From the NCBI GenBank assembly GCA_003344405.1, contig NOWV01000253.1:62001-88860 (forward strand): a stretch of DNA of 26,860 nucleotides, given 5' to 3'. This document shows positions 12,137 to 22,611 of the stretch, piece after piece. The notes beneath the pieces are model-generated. The model was not told the DNA's origin. It made no database searches and was given only the letters and a program-made list of their open reading frames with translations. The DNA comes from Trichoplax sp. H2. Lineage: Eukaryota. A program made the translations under genes and the position numbers. Every line of letters starts with the position of its first letter. The first letter of the stretch is position 1.

Positions 12137-15100
12137 TTATAATTCATCATATTTACGCTTTTTAAAACGTGGATAAATAATAAAGCCAGCAATGGCACCA
12201 AGAACGACAACCAACAAAAGACAAACAATAACAAATGCATATACTAGACCGTTGTTGCTTTTAGGAGCTGTTGTCGGGTGTGGTATTCCAATGTGTTTAA
12301 AGCTCCACCATCGTAAAGATGTTGCCAGTGAGGCGAAAGCAACGGTAGAAACATGTAAGTTACACTCATCTAGAAAAATTGAAGATATTTATTAGAAAGC
12401 ATTATAAATACTATTAATATCATCATTGGAGTAACATCAATTACAGGCTAATGGTCTGCTTGTTATCAATAAAGTTAAAACCGTGATATCATGTAAGCTA
12501 ACCGTATACTGTAGCAATAATTAACGCACTTCCAAGATACATAAGAATAGAAAATAATTGATTATTTATTGGCTGCAATTACGAAAGTACCGTAGACAGA
12601 AAGTTTTAGTTCATATTCAATAATTTCGAGACTTCAGAAATAGATATTTGATTGCAAACTATTTCCATGAATCTATTTAATTTTATGGTAGAATAACTTT
12701 AACATGAAGTTATTCTACAATATAATAGCTACAATACTCTTCGATACCGTTGTATTCTAAATTACCTGATGCAAGATCCGCCCTTGAGTTAATTAGTTCT
12801 AACGATGAAGATATTTGAACGCTATTGTATAAACATAAAATGCAGGGTAAGTGCATTATTCTTATAATATAAAATAGGTTGTTAAGATAGAATTTTATAA
12901 CGGTATTTTATTAAGATACACACTAAAGGCACCCGTAGTATGGTACTTCATACAGCGGGTACAACAAAGTTGAGCAAATCCATTGATATACTGTAGAATC
13001 AACTAATAATGCATTCATTCGAAATATTATTGCATTAATTATCTTATGCCATTGAAACATTTACCTCTGTGATCTTCGATTACGAGCGGAGTTTTTGAAG
13101 CATCCGCTTCTTGCTTGATACTTGAAAACTTGATGCAATGGATAAATGCTAACAAATTCAACATATCCAAACATTCCACCACATATAATGATTTGTTGTA
13201 GTAGTAATTCAGCTTTATTTATATCAGAAATGTTATTATGTAGAATTTTTTTAAAGTCCATATAAATTCTAGAACATAAACTCTCTTCTACCGCCATCAG
13301 ACGACGTATTCCACCAGCTAATTTAACTAATTTAAATCCACAATAATCAAGCTGACGAATGAAATAATCCGTATAAAGTTGACTGACAGCTAAACCCATT
13401 CTTGTTCCTGGTTGTGAAATGTAATTCCAACAAGCCTCTGTCGTATTAAAATAAAAAGATAAGATTAATTAAGGTTACAATATGAAATATTACATATGCA
13501 TATAATAAAAAAATAGGAGCGTTAATTCAGTTGAGTTGGTTAAACTTATAAATACTGAAATATAAAAATAAATCATTTAAATTCTAATAATTTGATGGAT
13601 TTGATGTTAACGAACAGATTATAGCTGTATGATCATTTTAATGAATGTTATGGTAGAAGTTCAAAATGTTCATTGGATACTTTATCATTTACTGTACAGC
13701 TGATTCAAAAGTACGTTACTTAATTAGGACATTGACGGATGGTATTAAGGCATTGGTCAAGACATGAAAGCTTCTTTTTTAACTTATAAAAACATTTTCC
13801 TGGCTGCTACTTTGTTACGGAATGAATTATCTAAGCACTGCATATCCTGTATTGATTCTGGCTAAAAACGGAAAGCGTGATAGCAATTATTTAAAGATGC
13901 TCAAGGATTGTAAATATATAACATAATCGCATTTTTCATCGATAGGGTCATTGATGATTATGGAACATTAAATACCATAATTTTTAACAAACATTTTTGT
14001 GAATTGATTGTTTTTCTGTCGATTAATGATAATAGAGCTCAAGAGTCAATTTCATAATTGAACTTAACCTACAGTAACGCTAATTTTAGACAGCAATAAG
14101 CTAAATAATAAGGAAAACCGATAAGGGAATTATAAAGATTTGACGTTTGTTTATTAAATATCGGGAGTCATTGTGATAGCAATCTCTAGAGTAACGTTTA
14201 GCCGATCACCCTTAAATCTAGAAATATGTTTAACTTCAATTCGTGAACGAAGATAATAATAGTCATCGAATAGAAGAACAAAAGCTGGCAAATCTCATTC
14301 ATACTTTTGTGTATGAATTATGTTCTATTCAATCGTACTGAAATTTCGAGCAGATCATCTTTATTACTCTAGATCTTTAAAAAGGCAATTTAATGGTGAT
14401 CATTATTAGATGAATATAAAATCTTACAGATATTATCCTATATTCCGTACCATACCTGTTACATTGCAACTAGCGGAGCCGATACTGCCGCTAAGTGTAG
14501 TGGCGATACAAATTTCAGACATATTAGATGGAAACGTATTAGCTGGAGTCGGTCCTGAAATAGGAAGAGATGGTTTTGTGCCATTGATATAACGCGCTAC
14601 GGCAGCAAAGGACACTTCTTCACTAAATACTAATCGATATTCAGGTGAAAATTTTTCCAGCGAATTTTGGAATAGAATGTTTACCGCTACATTCATTTCA
14701 CTGATTCGCTTAACATCTTGTGAAGATAAATATGAATTTTCCAGGAAGTACTCTTTCGTTATATCTCTGAAAGCACCTGAAATGAGTAATTCGAATCTCC
14801 CATTAAACAAGTTTTCCGTATTCGGAATACACAATAGTTAGCACAGCATATTGCTAAGTTAAAACGTTATCATCAAAGGAGTAACGATCAGTTTCATTGT
14901 TACGTTTACAATATATAAACGTAAAATCGTAATACTCTAACCTACGACAGCATTTTAACTATGTGTTCGGTAGTTTCTTAAAACATATGTATCATAAGAG
15001 CCTTCTAATTGTCAGTCAGAGTGTATCAGAGGTGTAGTTTAGGTAATGACAATAGTTTTAAAATTTTCATTTATTTTTAGTGGCTTAAATGTATACGATG

Positions 15101-15691
15101 ATTAAATCTTAACGTAAATCTTAGTATTATACTTGTTTATTACTAGTTAGTGATTAATAATAGGTGTAAGAAACTGACTGCATTGATCGTCTAATAGTAT
15201 AAATATTATATCTGCACAAGTAACGTAACGCTATCTGCTTTCACTGGTAGCAGAGACTTTTCACTACTATGTCTATAAAGATCAAGTGGAGAGTTATTAT
15301 AAGTGAAGGTTGAAAAAGTTATATTATCATTTATACTCAATCTCTCAAATGTATACAAGCGAAATTTCAAACCTTTTCGTTAATTTAATAGCTTGATAAA
15401 ATTCAGAAATATGCAAGAAAATTAACAGAAATAAAAGAGTGAACTCTCGCTTTAAAATTAGTAACCAGCTTAGTACTTACTTATTGCTATCAATAAGTTG
15501 TAAGCATCCAACCATTTTAAATTTGCCCTTTCCTTCTTAATATATTTTAATAATTCTTGCTCTGCCCTGATGGTATGGTTAAAACTTTCTTTTCTAGGAT
15601 CTATCGATGCTGAAATAGATTTAATACCAGCGATATTATCGAATGAAAGAGATGAAATTATAAGGATCCAGATCAACTTTTGCAATTCCAT
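12137..15691 (-). CDS. C16orf89: UPF0764 / C16orf89 (DUF4735)-like protein, 397 aa, with signal peptide and C-terminal TM helix
   Basis: Exons 15691-15481, 14776-14456, 13437-13065, 12821-12766, 12369-12137 (1194 nt, phases consistent, GT-AG). Hydrophobic N-terminus MELQKLIWILIISSLSF. Cys-anchored blocks resemble the family as recalled: SEICIATTLSG...CNVTEACWNYISQPG, LCSRIYMD, ELLLQQIIICGGMFGYVEF, VFKYQARSGCF, DECNLHVSTVAFASLA. These are followed by the TM segment LVYAFVIVCLLLVVVLGAIAGFIIY and the tail PRFKKRKYDEL*. Confidence 0.8.
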
Positions 15692-18464
15692 GGCCGAGAT
15701 ACCACTACGACTGCAAGATGAGACTAATTTTTAACAATAAAAAGGTCAATCTGACGAAAAATGTTAAAAAGACAAGAAAAAAATGTATATAAAGAGGCTA
15801 TAGCTCTAACTTTTCTTTGAAACGATCAAAAACGCTAATGAATAATAGTAAGCAATAATCAATAATCAAATGACGATGAAGGCAATAAAGAAAACCATTC
15901 TTTTGTTTTGCAAATTATAAGACAAGTGCAACGATAATGTAATAACGACGGTTTTGTACACAGCAATACAACTAATTAAGTATTCATTTATTGCTTCATA
16001 TTTTCTGTCTTGATTGATGTAGCATATCATCTTCGTCTGAATTGTTTAAGCAAACAATTCAAATGAAATGTACTCTTTCATCTTCTTTTCCAATCAATTA
16101 TAGACAATGGAGTCAAGGTATACTTAAATTAGACTACTTAGTTTATAAATATTTCATGATCCATTATCAAGTTTATACGTTTTGATAGATAAAAAAAATA
16201 TTTAAAATTTCAATGAAGATCATCAATTCAGATGCATCTATCACATTGTAATACAGTGAATGATGGATGATACATAGAATAGGGGGAAATCGAAAATATC
16301 TGATAATCTTTTATGTTATCAGAAATGTTGATTATAATAGGACAGTTTGAAACGTAAAATTAAGCTAGTAAAGATTGCTACTGCATTACTTACTAAGTAA
16401 TAGTGATGAGATTTTGGTAATGGAGAAAATATCAGAGTAAATGAGATCGAGAAAAGTAATTTGTTAATTTGTTAGGGCAAGAGTGATTATCTGAAGTTGC
16501 TTGGAAAGTTACAATTTCGGTGTAATATTAACATACTAACTGAGAAGCGAAGGTATCATGCCTCAAACGACAATGAAATGAACTGGTTGATATTGTACCT
16601 ATATCCTCAAATGAACATTTTTTGATACCGTTACAAATTAATATATGCAGGACTTGGTCAATGACTCAACTCAGATGTGAAATGTGTTTATAACCATGAT
16701 ATGATTCATCCAAAAGTATTGCCGCAAGATATAAATAAGAACTGTAACACCGTTCATGTACTGTCAATTGACAATTGTGCTTCTTTAGTATTACTGTAAA
16801 ATTTTTTCTTCTAACAGTGCCATAGAATTGAAACTAGACAGTATCATACAGCATAATCAGATTTTAAGGCTAAAAAATTTATTGGCAATGATTTCGGCCG
16901 TACAATATCGGCGTAAATACTTCAGGTTTTGCTTGCTATATATCTCTGGCTGTAGTGAATTTTATTTTCTTCACAGGCCTCATCTAACCTTTACATAATC
17001 AAACAAAGGTAGTATGACATTAATAGCATTGTATGTAATAAAAATAATTTTCTTTCGGCTTAATTTCTTTTTCCTTCATTTGCGAATGGTTTTTGAATTG
17101 ATTTTGACTTCTACCATTGTCTGATTGCAATTGTATATGCGTAGAAGAAGCTATACAATATTATTGAGGCCTAGACGATAGTGCCATTTCTAACGTTGTC
17201 TTGGACCTATAAATACATCTTTCACAAAAGTAATAGATGCATACCTACGCGTATTAGCATTTTTATTGTTTAGAAAAAAGGCAGGTGTTCTATTCAAGTC
17301 TGAGATGTCATAATCCTTACCTAATATATCGTCATACTTAATACTAACTCTTGTAAGTATCAGCTCTATTTACAGCCGGTACGTAGGTGCCAATAGCGTA
17401 TAAAAAAATATATGTGTATGCGAAGGATGAAATTGACGGGAAATAGGATAATCTAGTGCTTGTTACCGTATTTGATAACTCTCATCTATATCCACGCTAG
17501 TAAGGATTAGCATTGTTGATTGTCATGGAAGCCTCTATACGGATATCAAAGCGTCCATCTTAGCTTCAAAAATGAACAATTAAAATAATTCAAACAGGCG
17601 AATTTAGTGCGCACAGAAGATAACATCGGTGTCATAATCTCATTTTAATTCCTGCGATATTCTACTTTGCCTAGCAAACTACTACTACCTGTATTAAAAA
17701 ATGCGGTATTTACTATTAGTACGTATTATTTACAAAACCGTGCTTTGAATACCACCTTGATTAATATATAAGTAGCTCTTTTTCTTTTGAATCGCGATAG
17801 TACAAGTTATGACAAGTTATCAATGGCATTCATAATATGACCGAAGGACTATCCTATACATAAATTAGACAATTGCGGCGGTTTTCTTATCTAAACTCAT
17901 TATTTTATGGTGCTTTCATTTTCCCATGATTCCAAATGAAATGTCCAGTGTATGACTATTACAGGCAAAGGATTAAATAAAATCTTAGGTATTACTCTGA
18001 TATCTTATTAAATTATAGAATTGTAAACATCAATTCATACGAATGGAGCATTTAGACTAATTTTTTTTTGAAATGTTGTTTATACGTGACATCGTACGGG
18101 CCCCGTCTATATCCGTATGATCCTCACTATGGGAGAATGCAAATGACCAGTTCTGTACAAAAAATAGACTAACGCGTCAGTAAAGTACCATGCCATGGAG
18201 TGTAGTTTCCGCCATAGAGTTAGATAAAAGAAAGAGCTTTCTTCTTTTACACCTATGACTTTTCGCACTTTGCTGCAAGAAACTGTCTGTCTCGTACTTT
18301 AACGTTGCATACTGTACTGTACTTCGGGAGCCTGACTGTTGCAGTCTGTAAAACAAACGAGTTCTTCTTATAGTGTTTACTTATAAAATTAACAAATAAA
18401 TTTCAGTCGCAGCTTTTGTTCGTTAGTAATGCGAAATCGTAGAGGTAAGAGTTAAGTGTCTTAC

Positions 18465-18540
18465 CTCGACTAAAGTCGTATACGAATGCCACTTACTGAA
18501 CGTGACCAACGGTGCTAATTAAGTTAACCATCAACGTGTG
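18465..18540 (-). other. Putative non-coding first exon of the DUF4735-like gene
   Basis: Strong minus-strand donor GAG|GTAAGA at 18465/18464, right next to the TACTGTA cluster. A pyrimidine-rich acceptor TCTTGCAG| lies 19 nt before the DUF4735 ATG (15711/15710). The join and the 5' end are inferred. Confidence 0.4.
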
Positions 18541-18545
18541 ATGAA

Positions 18546-18745
18546 AGTACAGTACAGTATAGTACACTGAGTACAGTAGAGTACAATTGTACAGTACTGT
18601 ATGAACTCGTACAGTGTACAGTACAATGTACTGTAATTTCATACGCATCACACGTACTGTACATGTACAGTACTGTACAGTACTGTACTGTAAAACTACA
18701 GTATACTGTACTGTAAAGTAAATGTATTGTACACTGTACTGTAAT
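18546..18745. repeat. Low-complexity (TACAG/CTGTA)n palindromic cluster
   Basis: Dense TACAGTA/TACTGTA units, including the perfect 20-bp palindrome GTACTGTACATGTACAGTAC (18654-18673). Confidence 0.9.
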
Positions 18746-18760
18746 GTGCCGTCAACGCTA

Positions 18761-19023
18761 CAGGAATCATACAGTAGCAAAAATGATGTCGCTATGATGC
18801 GTACTGCTCTACAGTATACAGTACACTGAGTACAGTATAGTGTTCCAGTGGGAAATGCGTTGCCACTACGGACAGGATGATAAAGTAATCGCGGTGTGAT
18901 ATTACTATACAACGCATTTCCTACTGGAATAATATACTGTACACTATTGTACAGTACTATACTGTATACTGCAGTAACAGTACCTATCATAGCGACATCA
19001 TTTTTGCTACTGTATGATTCCTG
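18761..19023. mobile_element. MITE-like fold-back element, copy 1 (possible Tc1/mariner/pogo superfamily derivative)
   Basis: Perfect 38-bp terminal inverted repeats CAGGAATCATACAGTAGCAAAAATGATGTCGCTATGAT (18761-18798 vs 18986-19023), with TA on both sides. Inner inverted repeat 18843-18862 vs 18910-18929 (19/20) around a 47-nt loop. 263 bp, non-coding. Confidence 0.65.
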
Positions 19024-19128
19024 TAACTGTACTGTATGTATTGCACTGTACAGTACTGTAAAACTACAGTATATTGTACTGTAAAGTAAATGTATTGTAC
19101 ACTGTACTGTAATGCGCCGTCAACGCTA

Positions 19129-19400
19129 CAGGAATCATACAGTACAGTAGCAAAAATGATGTCGCTATGATGCGTACTGCTCTACAGTATACTGTTCAGT
19201 ACACTGAGTACAGTACAGTGTTCCAGCGGGAAATGCGGTGCCACTACGTACAGGATGATAAAGTAATTGCGGTGTGATATTACTATACAACGCATTTCCT
19301 ACTGGAATAATATACTGTACACTATTGTACAGTACTATATTGTATACTGCAGTAACAGTACCTATCATAGCGACATCATTTTTGCTACTGATGATTCCTG
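19129..19400. mobile_element. MITE-like fold-back element, copy 2
   Basis: Near-identical to copy 1 (TA-CAGGAATCAT...ATGATTCCTG-TA). It has a 5-nt pentamer insertion in the left TIR, a 5-nt internal insertion, a 1-nt deletion in the right TIR and a few substitutions. 272 bp. Confidence 0.6.
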
Positions 19401-19475
19401 TACTGTATGTATTGCACTGTACTGTAGAGTGTAGAGTGTAGAACTATCTTGTACGGATGACCTGCAAAGACCATC

Positions 19476-22143
19476 ATGGATCCTCCGTTAAACTACGACA
19501 ACGGTTAGTTGAGTTATAAATCCGACTATCAATCTTTAAACTACTTTGATCTTGGTTCATTTTTACACATCAGCCTCTATCTTATAATGCTATACTGTAT
19601 GAGTACAATGGATAAGGTGTTGCTTGAGAAACCCAACATAGTTTAGAAGATTATAAAATACGTCCGGTACACGAAATCGCTTACTATGATACTGCACTCA
19701 TTGCCGCAAACTCGGCTGTACTGTACTGTACAGAACGAAACCCTCAGCCGTGTATGGCTTTCCAGTCCTTGTGTATTAGTTGAATTCTATAAATCAGATA
19801 TTTCATACATGTAGAATGATTATGATTAGGATATTCTTGAATATTTTGCGACTGTACAGTATATTGTCGAAAACGATAGTATCTTAAAGCAAGAAAAGAA
19901 ATTCCAACGAATACTGTCTTGATTATTTTATACTTTAGTTAACAAATACTCTACTTTGGTATAGCGGTTTCTAACCTATTCACTAAGAATGATGATCAGT
20001 GATCTGCGCTAGGAACTTAGGAATCATCTTTTTTTGTTTATATCTCGACTTGCAGATTGGAGTAGCAACGATGACAGTTTTCTTGAAGGGTAGTACTTTT
20101 TTTGCCTATTTATGAAGATTTACAATCTTTTATGATAGTTTGAAGCATTCATTTATTAAAATCGAAGATGACAATCAGTCTATCTGATTCTGTAGTAGAT
20201 ATTATGCTGAACAAATTGCGCATATATTACCATACAACAATTTTTGCACTTTCATTGTTATACAAGAGTGCCTGGGTTAGTCAGAATTAGTGTAGTAGGT
20301 CTTAATCAATTCCGGATATGTAGTATGTAAACTTTCTTCACATACTGTTCCATGACTAATTGGTGTGATTATTCTTAATGATAATTAGTTCATCATCGTA
20401 GCCAATATCCAGATAATACGGGTTCATCGGAATATTACAACCCGGTAAATTCACAGCAGTTCTTCGATGACACAAGCGGACAGGGCAACTATCGTGGTGA
20501 TGCCAACTCACCACCTCCATCGACCGTGCCTAATAAAATGTTTACTGACCCTCTTGCTAGCATGGCGCTCCAGTACGGTAGTAATATTGCAACTTCTGGC
20601 CAGGAATATGTTAACAGTAACGTAAGAACACTTTACCGTATTACAGATTTATACACACTTTCCCGTAATTAATCTGAATATCCAATGGAATTATTGAGCT
20701 GTATTTACCGATCAAATGTATCTTTCATGGCTGCATGACTGTAGTTTGCTAGATTTATTCCAGTTACGAGCCTGAAATACTACTTTGCTGTGGATAATTC
20801 CTACGTTTTTCGTAAACTCCTCCTCTTATTGCTACCTTATGCACATACGGTAAGTACTCTGGAGGAAAATTTTAACCCATAACAGGATAAACTGCGTACG
20901 CTATTTTAAAATAAAATTGACGTATTGTACTTCAATGATACAATACAATGATGATTTATTAAATCAATAGCAAATACTGAATAATTTACAAATTGATAGG
21001 CGAGTGATATGTAATTATATGGCAACAGCTGTAATTAAGTTAAGTTATTCAAGTGAAGATATTGCATTTGACTAGTTATTGTACAGTAATATTTCAAAAT
21101 TTTACTGGAAAACTGCTTTAGGTCTGATTTTAATCCTTAATTATTATAGGACTGGTCAATTAGGTATGCCAAATCAGAACCGGTGGCACCGAGACATGAA
21201 ATTAATGCTCCAGATTTATACATACCGCGTTAGTTATATTAATATCCAATTTTCGATGTTCTGAATAGACAGCAAAGTGAAACAAAATTCTTGACAATAT
21301 CACTTGATAATTCTCGTTTGATCTAAATTGCAGTTATGGCATTCGTCACTTACGTCATTATCTCCGGTTTGGTTCTTGGAGTTCAAGATAAGTAAGTTAG
21401 ACATTTATTGACGTACTAACGCGCAAGCATCAGTATTATTACAAGTGCTTCTTATTTATTGAAGCCTCCTGATCATCTAATCTATTATACAAATTTTATT
21501 GGCATATATGACAGATTTTCACCTGAACATTTAGGAATAATTGCTAGCACAGCCTTTGTGATGGAATTCCTAGCCGTGTGCTTAATCTTTGTCACTCTTT
21601 ATTTCATGAACATCAATTCCGCTATTAAAACATTTGACCTAATTGCGTTTTTTGGCTATAAATATGTCGGGTAAAGCTTAAAACATCATTAAAGAATACT
21701 CGTTCATTAGCTTATAGAAAAGTAAACGTAGCTGTAAAAAAGTATGTTTAACAAAATTAGAATCTATTAATGGCATTGAAAATATTGTATATATTTACCA
21801 GTTATTATATTAATCAACAGAATGATCTTCTGCATTGTTATTGGTGTACTTACAAACAGTCTCGGATACTATTGCACTCTTGGTTGGACAGGTTTGGCCG
21901 TTAGCTTTTTCCTGGTAAGGTTACTAAATGTTTCAGCATTCTTGTTAGCGGATTAATGAGAATAAAATTAAAATCGAGTTTATATCCGATTATTAGGTTC
22001 GCACTTTACGATTAGTTATTTCTCAGGAAGCGACGTCAAACGTAATGGGTCCTGTCGGCAAAAAAAGGATTTACGTTTTGATTATGATAGCATTATTGCA
22101 ACCGATTATAATGTATTGGCTAACCTATCAGTTTATTAAGTAA
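19476..22143 (+). CDS. YIF1: Protein YIF1 (YIF1A/B homolog, ER-Golgi Yip1-family membrane protein), about 306 aa
   Basis: Exons 19476-19503, 20056-20089, 20402-20621, 20745-20849, 21150-21228, 21334-21391, 21515-21670, 21821-21914, 21997-22143 (921 nt). Signature motifs: [77 protein letters not shown]. The first two exons are less certain. Confidence 0.95.
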
Positions 22144-22360
22144 TGGAGATCTACTACAAACAATATAAGGATTAGATGTTATGTGGTTCATAAAACATGA
22201 ATATTGAAAATACATTATTTTGTACAGTCATAAAACTATTTTAACTTGTTACTTCAAATTTCACTATTAGGATAAAACTCGTAAATTATTAAAATATACT
22301 TTAAATTGATTTGTACTGATTGGTGGTACATTGATGGTAATGGTCAAGTTTTTTAAAACT

Positions 22361-22366
22361 AATAAA
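22361..22366 (+). terminator. Candidate polyadenylation signal of YIF1
   Basis: AATAAA about 220 nt downstream of the YIF1 stop. The motif is common in AT-rich DNA. Confidence 0.35.
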
Positions 22367-22405
22367 CGGAGACAAAGCAACACTTGCACAGATATTTTTT
22401 CAAAA

Positions 22406-22611
22406 CTTTATTTTTTATCAATCGTTATTAAAATTTTAGATATTCAAAATAGAACGTTGGCTTGATAGGTACTGTAACGTAGATGTATACGCAGCTTTAT
22501 TTTTTCATCAATCGTTATTAAAATTTTAGATATTCATGTCACCAATATTTAGAGCTATTGAAAGATATTGTTATAGAACGATGGCTTGATATACTGTAAT
22601 GTAAAAGTATA
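22406..22611 (+). repeat. Imperfect tandem duplication (~85-bp unit; second copy has a ~35-bp insertion)
   Basis: CTTTATTTTTT(C)ATCAATCGTTATTAAAATTTTAGATATTCA...ATAGAACG(T/A)TGGCTTGATA..TACTGTAA(C/T)GTA occurs at 22406-22489 and 22495-22611. Confidence 0.9.

Larger units (their letters stand above)
18680..19425 (+). repeat. Tandem duplication of a ~370-bp unit (element plus flanks)
   Basis: Left flank TACTGTAAAACTACAGTATA...GCCGTCAACGCTA occurs at 18686-18760 and again at 19054-19128. Right flank ACTGTATGTATTGCACTGTAC follows both copies. Confidence 0.95.

Noticed and set aside
12137..12151. YDEL as a KDEL-type ER retrieval signal
   Set aside because: With a signal peptide and one TM helix the tail would be cytosolic, whereas KDEL receptors read luminal C-termini. 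YxxPhi is the more consistent reading.
12192..12395. Plus-strand 67-aa ORF
   Set aside because: It is the antisense shadow of the last DUF4735 exon, which has splice, homology and TM support.
12895..12990. Alternative last exon for the DUF4735 gene (YINGFAQLCCTRCMKYHTTGAF...)
   Set aside because: That frame is incompatible with the phase-2 donor at 13064. The path through 12821-12766 and 12369-12137 is in phase and gives the better family match.
15720..18440. Hidden gene or RNA gene in the ORF-free stretch
   Set aside because: I could not assemble a phase-consistent exon chain or see tRNA, snRNA or snoRNA hallmarks. It is best explained as a long 5'UTR intron or intergenic DNA, though an Rfam scan was not possible.
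18493..19368. ORFs 18493-18990(-), 18896-19084(+) and 19165-19368(-) as proteins
   Set aside because: They are Y/T/V/L/C-rich translations of the TACAG/CTGTA repeat and the duplicated fold-back element. No transposase or other domain motifs are present.
18680..19425. CRISPR-like array
   Set aside because: There are only two long units with near-identical interiors, the repeats are inverted rather than direct with unique spacers, there are no cas genes, and the context is an intron-rich eukaryote.
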